From contig NC_092381.1 of assembly GCF_030028105.1 (NCBI RefSeq), forward strand, positions 62,026,505-62,090,504: a stretch of 64,000 nucleotides of DNA, in the 5' to 3' direction. The stretch comes from Mobula birostris (taxonomy: Eukaryota). Within the stretch, counting starts at the first letter, position 1. Each line of letters starts with the position of its first letter. The notes below the pieces were generated by a model, which ran no database searches, had not been told where the DNA came from, and saw nothing but the letters and a program-made list of their open reading frames with translations. Shown piece by piece: positions 26,001 through 38,000 of the stretch. Position numbers and translations under genes: made by a program.

Positions 26001-29000
26001 TGCAGGTTCCAGCAGTATAGATACATTTTGGGAACGGGGCCCTGGATAACCAGAACTCCTCCGCAACTTGCATGAGGCCAGACTGAGTGCTGTCCAGTTG
26101 CTCATGGAATACCTCACATTCAAACTCAGTATTGCCTTATCTAATGACCAAGCACATGCCCATTTCACTCTTTGCTCAGTGGTAACGTCCTCAGAGTTAA
26201 GGTGTTCACAAATTACTCCAAAAACATCAGCACATAATGCAAGCTTACATTTAAAGGCAGCACTGAGAAGCTGCTACACTGTTGTTGGAGATGCCATCTC
26301 TCAGAAGAATTATCAACAAAAGACCCCAATACACTGAAAGGGGAATATATTAATAAAATCCAGTAGTATTCACAATTGTTCTGGGCCACATTTATCTAAC
26401 AGCTAATATTGCAAGAGCTTACCCAGTTACATATCACTGTGTTGATTCCAGAGACAACTTAACCCGTCTATTTCCCGATGCAACAGTACCCATAAAAATT
26501 GCCATGAACTACCTTGGAACATCTTAAAAAATTTTGAAAAAAGGTTTTTTTTTTAAAATGCTGGATTTTTTCCCCCTTTCTCATGGAATCTGAGCCTTGA
26601 TTGACTTTACCTCCTCACATAGTTGAACACTTCCGTTAAGTTCAGTAAAACACAGATGAGTTTCAATATAGATACTTTTCAACCTCATAATTCATTGCTG
26701 GTTCATTTGACATACAGTAGCCATGAATTTTTAAACAGACCTTGTGGAAGATGCATACATTGCTGCATTGATAATGCAACGGCCATTTGCCAACGAAATG
26801 AAAGAGGTACACCATTTTTGATAGGGATGCTAATAAGAAACAAGGGAATATTGGGAAGAGAAAACACAGAAAACTTCAAAAGGAAAGACCAAACCTACCA
26901 TCACCCATTTCATCCGTGTATGGTAGACTAAACACAGCTTCATCTATCATTCGGTTTGGCAGGTTTGTGTAAAACCGTCCTACAGTGGTCTCCAAGTTAC
27001 TCAACTGGTTCAATACCATCATTGTTCCTTTTACAACAGGGAGCGACGTGCGATCAGGAACTCCGTATTTTGCTGAATTCTGTTCTGCTAAATCTCGAAG
27101 AAAGGCAAGCTCCTTCAAACCAGTTATGCCCTCTAAAATAAAACAAATAATATTAAAGCTGGAAATAGTTGTGTTACTGACAAAACAAATGAGATTCTGC
27201 TCTATTTAATGCATATTTGACAGGAAAGCAAAATGGAAAAGTATTTTGAAAACCCTCTACTATACTACCATAGCTCCCCCCCCCCCCACTGCTAAAGTCT
27301 GTGTGTTTTGCATTCTCTTGCAAGGCATTCAGAGGATCCTCAAAAACAGGCCAATGTACTAGAGATGTACCCATTCTTTTTTTTTAATCACCACCTTATC
27401 ATCTTATACATGTCATCTCTGGTAGTAGAGTGAAATAATGCTTAAGATGCTAACACAAGAAAATCTGCAGATGCTGAAAATCCAATGCAACACACAAAAT
27501 GCTGGAGAAACTCAGCAGGCCAGGCAGCATCCCTGTTAAAAGAGTAAACAGTTGACATTTCAGGCTGAGACCCTTCTGCAGATATGCCGTTAATTCTCAA
27601 AAGTTCATTCACTCAAGTTAATAATGATAGCCGATAAATTGATATGGCAACTAATTCTTTCATAATTTTAATTACTCCACATACCCACTCTACCTCCGAA
27701 TTCTTTGATCAATCATATGTATCATTGCTTTGAACATTTCCAAATCATTTAACATGATCAGACAATATCCTTCAAACAAGTTACCAGCGGAAGCACTCTA
27801 TCATGCTGTTATGAAACCTGTCCAATTTGCTTTCAAATTGCTCTGTGGTATAGATGATAGTACAAACTTTGACATTTTCTTCAACACTAGGATCTCCCTG
27901 CCAATTCAATAATCTCCATCATTATTCAAAGACCATAAGATATAGGAGCCGAATTAGGCCATTTGGCCCATCGAGTCTGCTCCACCATTTCATCATGGCT
28001 GACCCAATTTTCCTCCCAGCCCCAATCTCCTGCCTTCTCCCCGTATCCCTTCAAGCCCTGACCAATCAAGAATCTAACTACTTTATCCATTCTTCTGATA
28101 GATATTCAATTCGAGCATAGTACACACTGGAGTGGCTGTTCAGCCCATGATGCCATGCTGATCTTGATGCCAATTTACACTAAATGTCCTCCTCCTGTGT
28201 ATCATCGATATCCTCTATTCCCTTCAATACGTGTATGTCTATCTACAAGCTTTTTAAACTGCCGGCTTCCACTACCACCCCTGGTAACTCATTCCAGGCA
28301 TCTACTACTCTTTGAGTGACAAAACGTGCCCTCCATGTTGCTTCTAAACTTCCCACTCCAACCTTAAAAGCATGTCCTTCTCTCTGAGAAAAAGAATCTG
28401 ACCATCTATGCCTCTATCAGATCTACCCTCATCCTCTAATGCTTTAGGCAGAACCATTCAAGTTTGTCTAATCTTTCCTTATAGCTCTAATCCAGACAGC
28501 ATCTTGTTAATCCTCGTTCGTGCCCTTTCCAGTCTCCATACCATTCCTAAAATGGGACAACCAGACCTGCACGCACTACTCTCCAGGTAGTCTGACTAAA
28601 GTTGCACATAGCTCCAGCGTAACTTCCTTACTCATACTCAACCCCATCAATGAAGGCAAACGTGCCATACACCTTCTTTACCACCTTATCTACTTGCACA
28701 GCCACTTCTAGTGAACTATGACCCTAGACCCTAAGATACCCTTGTACCTCAATATTATTGAGAGGTCTACTATTAATATTCGACTTCACTAAGTGCAACA
28801 CCTCACACTTGCACAGATTAAACTCCTGTGCCTATATCTGTAACTGATCCACATCCCGCTGAGTTCTTTGATAGCCTTTTACTCTGTCCACAATATACTA
28901 ATCATGGTGTCATCCACACTCTTGTTAAACTACTCAGCTACATTTTTCATCCAAATCCTTGATAAATGGCGTTGCCCCATATACCTTAGGTCAACCACTT

Positions 29001-32000
29001 GATGAGTTCTTTCAGACTTCACATACCAGCAATCAGCCTTCAGACCCCACATTACATCGGTAACTGTTGGTACCAGAGCCTTCCCACATCATTATTAAGC
29101 TACTTTAACCTACAGTAGTTTTCAATTCTTGAAAGACACATGGTAGATGTTCATTGCCACTTGAGCACTAAGCATATCCGATGATTATAGTGGTGAGAGT
29201 GAAGAGTGTCATTTCGTCTCACTGCTTCATCAGTAGCCCACCTGCAAGTTTCTTCCATTGTCCACTAGGTCTAAAATCATACCATCTAAATGGCAGCATG
29301 AATTTCCTTCAAGCTTTCGTACAAGTTTTAGCCAGGGTATTGATCTGTGACATGTCACTTCAACAGAAGAAGACTACTTTCCAATTGCTCCTGAACCCAA
29401 GAGTTGACTCTTTCAGCTCTTGGATGGGCTTCTGGTCAGCAAATTGGAATATCTGCTGACCTCAGCAGACTTAGCCCACTGGTTAAGGTCTACTCCTTGG
29501 GGGAAAAGTGGGAATCAAATTGTTTTTGCACTTCTACCACTGGGGCAGAGCCATCACAATTTTGACCCAGTTATGTTAGTTGAGATTTGGCAAAAAATCT
29601 GTGATGAAGGAAAGGAGAAACCAAGGATTAAGAGTGACTCATCTCATAATTCAGCCTGGACAGCTGTGGAGGGTCAGTCACAGTCTGTGCATTCAAGGTA
29701 AGGGACATTTTAGGTTTCTGAAAACAAGGATAGTGCAGGAAAATAACAATGAGAGAAGACTGCTCACAATCATGGTAAGTGATGGAGCAAAGAATCAAAT
29801 GATATACTCCTACCCCTACTTCTCTGCTCTTTAGCTCTTAAATCAATAAGACTCCAATGGTTGCATGACCAAAGGCAGTAGATATTCTAGTCAACTAATC
29901 AGAAGCTCAGGCAAGGGCCGAGAGTAAAGAGTGAAGTTTTCACTCCTAAAGAAATAGGAAAGTAATTTTAGCAGTTGGAGTGTCACCTCCAAGAGTGATA
30001 CCCAGCGTGAACCTCAAAGAAAGCACTGTATCATTGCAGTGAAGCCAAGAAAAACAAAGATCACTTTGATAAATGCCAATAGCTGATTTCAATTTGGCCA
30101 TCTGAAACATGATTGTCTTCTAAACAATTACATTAGAGCTTTGATGGCAAGAATAACTCATTCAAATTTACTCAACTTTATATCTGTGCTCAAAATGCAC
30201 TGCCAGAATAAGAAAATCAGTATCTTACCATTCATGAGAGCATATGTAAGGATCATCACAGAGTTATTGAGATGTCTGTTTTCCTCACTAATAACACTCA
30301 GGGTCGCCTTTTTCTCTTCTTCTGAGGAATCCTTTGAGGTGATGCCAGATGACAAGTAGATGATCACCATGTCAGTGGCTATGATTTTAAAATGATATCT
30401 TTAGTAATGATTCCATTCTGCATTTTAGTTTGCTGCTACTCTTCTAACCATGTTATCATATGGCTGAAGGCACAGTGTTATGTGCAAATCACATAGTACA
30501 ACCCACAGAAACAAACAGAACCAAATGATGACACACTTGAACTCTAACCTGTACCAAACTAGTTTTTTTTTTAAGCATGTCATACCGGACATTCAGCCAT
30601 TCTTGTCTGGCACGTGGATTAACCGGGTCACGATATGAACGTTCCTGACTCGACCCTTTTTTTTTTTAACGAGGCCGAGTGGCTAGCTTGACACTCAACC
30701 CGGCATGGATGGAAAGTGTGCTCAGGGGTGGCCCAACCTGGATTCGAACTTGGGAACCTTCGCTCCAGAGTCCGGCACTGATCTCACTGCACTACCAAAC
30801 TAGTTAATCCCTGTTAAAGCTTCATAATTAAAACTGTCCTCAGATCTATTATATCACTGCAGCAAATCATCTTTGACTCTTACCGGATAGTCTGTATTTG
30901 CATGCCGTTACCTTTCCTGAATACCTCCATGTTATTGTTCGTCATATACCACCTTCCTGCAATTACTAGTGGTCAGGAGTCTGAAGTCCCACACCAGCAG
31001 GTTGAAGAACAGCTATTTTCCTTCAGCAACTCAGTTCTTAAACCCACCTACACAGCCCCAAGGACTATCTGTACAACAACACTATGACTACTTTAACCAT
31101 TTTGCACCACAACATTCATTTTGTTCTAATTGTGTTCTTTCTTGTACAAATTGTTTATAAATTATGCTTATCACGTGAATTCTGCTCATCTCATACTATG
31201 TGCCTATGCTGCTGCTTCGGCAAGTTTTCCTTAGTGCAACTCTGCACACATGTACCAGCATAAGTGAAGATAAACTCTGACTTTGACTTTGCAGAGAAAC
31301 AGGACCTTCTACCCACTTGTCCATGCCTTCCGGAGCTTGTGCCATTTGCCTGGATTTGACTTAATCCCTCTGAACTTCTCCTCTCCATGAGCCCCTCTAA
31401 ATGTCTTTTAAATATTGTAACTGTTTCACCCACTTCCTCTGGCAATTCATTCCACATACTCACAACTCTCCTGGTGAAAAAACTTTCCCAAGGTCCTCTT
31501 TAAATCTTTCCCCTCTTACCTTAAACCTTTGCCCTTTAGTTCAGGATTCCACTATCCTGAAAAAGGTCGGCGACTATCTACTCCTATCTATGTCCGTCAG
31601 GATTTTGTAAACCCTCACTCCTCAGCTAGGGCAAACAGTCTCTGATTATCCTGTTCTTCAGTGCTGGCAACATGCTAATAATTCTTTTTCACAACTTTTC
31701 CAGCTAAATTACATTGTTCCTTCAGTGTCATGACCAGGATGCACAATCTTGTCCAGGTGCGGGCTCAACACTTTGTATGGCTGTGATATGACAACCCAAC
31801 TTCTGTACTTAATGCCCCAAACAATGAAGACAAGCATGCCATACACCAGGGGTCCCCTTTTTTGCACTGAGGACCGGGGGGCAGGGGTGAGGGTAGGGGT
31901 AGGGTTGCCAACGGACAAGAGTAGCAGTCAAAACGTTGGGTTTACCCCGGGAAAAGACTGCAATGACCATGAAGCCTTGCGCGGGCACCAGTGCCCATGC

Positions 32001-35000
32001 GTATTCATGCCAATTTTTTTTCTGCAAATCGCTTTTGGCGATTCTTTTCCGGGGGTGTTAATCACGACCGGATTATAGGTGATAAGTGGCTAATACACTC
32101 AATTTTGTTTCTAAAAGGGTTTATCTAACAAATTTAATATTAAACACACAGTGCATATTTTTCTCGCATGAATATAGCGATAAGTCAATTATCAGGGGAG
32201 GACAGGGGAGCTTGAACTAAGTGTTGAATGAACTTCCAGTAGAAGTGGTAGAGGCAGGTTCGATATTATCATTTAATGAAAAATTGGATAGGTATATGGG
32301 CAGGAAAGGAATGGAGGGTTATGGGCTGAGTGCAGGTCGGTGGGACTAGGTGAGAGTAGCGTTCGGCACGGACTAGAAGGGCTGATATCACCTGTTTCCA
32401 TGCTGTAATTGTTATATGGTTATATAAGTCAATAGCATCATAACATTTTAAGTAACGTTTGGATATTAAACACACAGCACATATTTTCCCCGTATGAACA
32501 TATAAAATCATTGCAACACACCAATATCGCTGAATCAGTGGGAGCCCTGGGCTTGTTTTCCTGCAACAAGACGGTCCCATCGAGGGGTGATGGGAGACAG
32601 CGATACTCGAACGGGGTTCCTTATGCCCAGTCTATTCCGCAATTTAGTTTTCGTTGCATTCATTGCAGAGATATGTTGGAAATGGAAGCAACGTTTTCAG
32701 TGCTTTCGTGGCTATCTCAGGATATTCAGCCTTGACTTTGATCCAGAATGCCGGCAGAGATGTTATGTCAAACATACTTTTCAGCCCCCCGTCTTTTGCA
32801 AGCTCGAGGAGTTGATCTCCTTCCCGCACTGACATGGATGACGTGCGGGTAATGATCTCGCGTGCGTTCAAGCTCAACAGTGGGCGTGACAGGGAATGAG
32901 GAAAGGTGCAGCTGACTCATATCGCCAAATCATATCACTTCCTTGCGGCCCGGTAGCGCATGCTTTGCAGCCCGGTACCGGTCCATGGCTTGGTGGTTGG
33001 GGACCACTGCCATACACCACCTTCACCACTCCTTCTACCTATGTTGGTGCTACAGAGAACCAAGTACTTGTACACTTAGGTCCCTCTGTTCAAAAAGACT
33101 ACATAGAGCTTTGCCATTCGTCCTGGCCTAAAATAATTACCCAATTTGCTCTTATCACTTTATTTATCTGGCATGCCCTTCGTTTATCTCATATGAGGAT
33201 TTCAAACACGCCAAATGAAGTTAAATTCCATCTGCCATTCATTTGCTCGCTTTACCAACTGTTCTAGATCCTGCTGTAACCTTAAACATAAACAGCCTTC
33301 TGTGCTGTCCATGCCCGATGACGAGTACTTGATCACCACGTCAACGGCTATGATTTTAAAAGGAAGTCTTCAGTTCACTTAACAATTACCCTATTCTGCA
33401 TTTTAGTCCACAAAGTTCCTAACCATGCTACCTACACTCTCATGCAAATTATTCATGAGAAACAACAAGGGACCCAGCACTAATCCCAGTGACACTCCAC
33501 ATGTCATAGACCTCCAACCTGGAGAAAGAAACTCCACTGCCACCCTTTGCATGCTACCACCAATCCAATTTTGTATCCAACTGGCCAGCTCACCCTGGAA
33601 CCCATAAGATCTGACTTCATGGACCAGCCTACCATGAGGGACCAAGTCAAGGGCCTTGCCAAAATTCTACTTTCTACAATCATCCAACTCATGGTCAAGG
33701 TAAATTAGCCCCGAAGGAGCCTTAGACCAAAACTTCAGAAATGCATTTATTTTCTTCTTATGTCAAAATTCCATTCCAACTTTTGTTTTCCCCACAGTGG
33801 TAAACTTGTTAACCTCACACCAAACTACAAAGCAGTTTTGAACTCTATACTCATTTGGTCAAAAGTGATTGTTAATGATTAATTTTTTTCCATGGTAACT
33901 ATCATTCCACCGGCATGTTTGAAACCCTCATACGAGATAAAGAGCATGCTAGATAAAAACAAATTATAAACTGATGAACACATTTCAAAAGATATTTTGC
34001 AGGGGAAAAAAAACAGGGAAAAAGCATTCACAAATTGCTAATCTGCATTTGGGTGTAAATATATTATCTTCCAAATCTTCTTGTTCTTGTTACATTGTGC
34101 ACTTATTCATAGCCAATCTAACGTAAGCTTCAAAACTGTAAAAAAAAATTCTTAGAGATAACTTCATAATTCTGTGTCCTTCACTAACCTCCTTACTCCT
34201 TATTTACCTTGTTGCATCAAACCAGCAGGCAGGCAGGAAAGTATTCCTGCACTCTGACCTGTGTTGCACACGGCTTGGTGGTTCATTGGCCACACCTGTC
34301 AACAGGACTTACCAATAAAGATGCAGGTTTCCCCCTGAAGTTTATTCAAATTTAACTTCTAATTGATTTGTTTATTAAACACAAATGCCAATTAGTTGAT
34401 ACTGAATTCTAATCTTGTCCAAATAATCCATGCATAGATAAGATGAATTGGTTGGTCCTTCTCCCCAGGGTAGAAAAGATACAGATTTAAGGTGGGGGGG
34501 GGTGATTTAAGGGAAAATTGAGGAGCAAATTTTACACACAGAGGGTGATGGGCATGTGGAATGATCTGCCAGAGAAAGTAATAGAAGACAGGTGAAATTA
34601 CAGCTTTTGAAATTCATTTAGGCAGGTACATGGACAGGAACGGATCAAGGGGATATGGGAGAAATGCAGGCCAATGGGAACTAGCTCAGATCAGCATCCT
34701 GGTTGGCTGAGACAAGATGGGCCAAAGAACCTGCTTCCATGCTATGCAACTCTAGGAAGCTTTAAGAGGGCCAGTCATTCTCTGAAAGCCAATGCTGTCT
34801 AATGAACAATTTTATAATCAATTTGTGGGATATCATTGATAACTATTGAAGCTCAACTTCCAGCTATAGAGAAGTTAAGTATTCAGCTGTATCGACTCTT
34901 CTGTGCACTCACGTGAATGGATCCTTGTGCTGTTGTTTGTATTCTGCAGTAACTGGAATGCTTTATGAAAGCCCAGTGCATGCTGGGTGGCACCATCCAC

Positions 35001-38000
35001 CGACTTTATACTGCCAAGGAATGTGGTCATTTTCCTTTTAGTCTCACTGGTGGCCGGAGACAAGTATGTCTTGTAGCACTGGTCCAGTGAGCATGTCCGG
35101 ATGGTATCTGCCACAGCCAGCACAGAAATCTGTGAACAAAACAATATATTATTATTGAAATTCTTCACTGTATAGCTCGTGTTGAAGTCAACCTATTCTG
35201 TTTCCATTGATCAAATTACAATTACTCAATATTTAAAAATGAATAAGTTTGATCCCAGATATTTTTCCCCTTCAGTTTCCTCCCATTTCTAAAGTATAAC
35301 TTAATTAGCCTGGTCCACCAACCTGATAACTGATGGATCACAAGCCGACACTCTACTTTCATCTCCTAACCAGATAATCTATCACCTTATGTCTAATTAA
35401 GTTGGTTCTGCTCGTTTTGAAGAATTATATTAGATCTTTACTAAGGATCTTAGACTAGATTAGATTATGAGGATACTCAGTCCTCATTTATTGTCATTTA
35501 GTAATGCATGCATTAAGAAATGATACAATGTTCCTCCAGTATGATATCACAGAAACACAAGACAGACCAAGACTAAAACTGACAAAAACCACATAATTAT
35601 AACACATAGTTACAACAGTGTAAAGCAATACCATAATTTGATAAAAAGCAGACCATGGGCACAGTAAAAAAAAGTCTCCAAGTCCCTATAGCCCCATCAT
35701 CTCACGCAGACGGCAGAAGGAAGAAAAACTCTCCCTGCCATGAATCTCCAGCGCCGCAAACTTGCCGATGCAGCAACCTGGAAGCACCCGACCACAGCCG
35801 ACTGAGTCCGTCCAAAACCTTCGAGCCTCCGACCAGCCCTCCGACACCGAGTACCATCTCAGCCAGGCACTTCGACCCCGGCCCCAGCCACCAAGCAACA
35901 GGCAAAGCCAAGGACTCGGGGCCTTATCCTCCAGAGATTCTGGATCACACAGTAGCAGCGGCAGCGAAACAGGCATTTCAGAAGTTTCACCAGATGTTCC
36001 TCCGTGCTTCTCACATCTGTCTCCATCAAATCAGGATTGTGCACGGCACCCTACTTGACAGATGACAGATATTCATTCCGGAGTGGCTGCTGCGCACTGC
36101 GTCGTGCCGCCATCTTCTCTGGAGTTTCTATTTGGATATACATGTATTGAAAAGGTAAATGTCTAAGTATGTGAGTGAGCATGTGTGCATACCTGGGTCC
36201 TTGTTAGACCCAAGAAGTCTAAAAATTGAGAACAGAGTAAGTTTGAAATATTAAAATGCTGAAAATCTGGAGCAAAAACAGGAAATGTTAGAAAAACTCA
36301 ACAGGTCAGACAGCATCTATGGAAAAAATAAGCAGTGAAAATTTTGGGTGTGTGACCTTTTGTCAGAACTCAGTAAGCTCTGCTTCCTTCTCAGAAGCAC
36401 CAATAAAATGGGGACATCTCCCATTTAACATCCTTTGAGGAGGTTTTGCATTTCCAGTTTTTAAATGATTACTAGAGCAGGAACAAACCACCCACCGAAG
36501 GTAATTCATTTGTACTCACGTTATCTGGCCTCAGTACTTTGAAAACATAGATAATATTTCTACACCAGTTGTGTATCGTTTGGTAGGATGACTTGATGTA
36601 GGATAGATTCCACATTTACCATACAGATGGGGCTGAGTAGAGCTTACCTTGTCATGTTCATCAATAGAGGTTAAGATTACTTGTGCAGCATCTTTGGCTA
36701 TTTGAAGCTGTGTGTCTGTGGCTGAAGTCCCATGATCCACCACGACCACAATATGCTTTGATTGTGGCCTCACTGTGGAAACGTATACAGGCCTGCACCA
36801 AAAGAATGTCAAAAAGCTTGTAAGGGAAGAATGGTAGACAATAATTCTTCCACATTTTCCCAATATATAATCAATGTTCCCTCACACCTGATTCACATCT
36901 GTGAAGGTACAAAATGCCTGTGTGCATACAAATGTCACTGCTTCCAGGTATCAATCTGTGATTAATTAGCTTGATCAACTAGTACTTACAAATCAGAAAG
37001 ATCTATTTTCTACTAAGAAATCTCATAACTGGGACCTTGAACTCAGATCATGTGGGGAGGGGAAGAAGAACAGAAAATGGTAGATAGACTCAGCTGGTCT
37101 GGCCACATCTGTGGCAACAGAAAAGAAGCTCATTTTTCAGGTCAATAATCTTCCATCACACCAATGCTGATGACAAGTTATTAACCCAAAATGTTAAATT
37201 TATTTCATACCCCACGATTGCTGCCTAATGGAGTATTCTGTGTGTATTGTAATTTTTAATTTCAGTGCCCCAGAATTCCCCTTACTTTTCTATTTTTTTA
37301 AAATCTGAGATTATTCAAATTTAAGGAAAATAATACCGGGTGATCAGAAATTTAACAGCACATCCCAGAAGTTATTAGAGGGAAATTACACTAAACGTTA
37401 AAAATAATAAATTGAAGATCAAACATCGTTATCTGTTTCTTATTCAGTAATAATCTGACTATAATAGACAAATTATTTATTATGCTGCAGTTTCATCTTC
37501 AGCTGGAGTTCTTAAACAGAAACAAAATGGTTTCTAAAGACATTTCTTAATACATTCATCTATGCATTAATCTAGTAAACCTACTTGATATATTTTTATT
37601 AACATATTTAGTTTAATCAATGTGTTGAAACTAATAAGGTGAAAACTATCGGATAATCAATCATTAAAAAGAAAATGCAAAGCCCTTAAGAGGACAAAAC
37701 TAGAAATTCCCACCTGCTCCGATGTTCATAGCCACCTTTGCAGCGAAATTTATGTGCTGGGAAAATGGTGAAGATCCCTTCTTCTGAACTGAAATATTGC
37801 CACTTAATGCCAGGATTTGACTTAAAGTTGTCAGCAAGAACTGTTGGGTTAAAGAAGTAAGATTGTTTAAAAAATAAATGGAAAAAAATTACTGGGGAAT
37901 CTCATACAATTTTTATGGCAGGCTCAGTGTAATCCTGCCTGTAGAAATTCTGAGAGAGATGATATATGACAAAATCATAAGAAGTAGGCTACTTGGATCA

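Larger units (their letters stand above)
31291..33685 (-). mobile_element. Old CR1 ORF2 fragment, split by a hAT MITE and an exon-8 duplicate
   Basis: [21 protein letters not shown] on one side and WNELPEEV on the other side of the inserts. Confidence 0.8.

Noticed and set aside
29397-29423. 11-bp stem hairpin ccaagagttga-ctctt-tcagctcttgg
   Set aside because: Too short for a pre-miRNA and plausible by chance in 64 kb.
30720-30796. Possible tRNA gene
   Set aside because: No complete cloverleaf; it continues into a SINE body with an A-tail and TSD.
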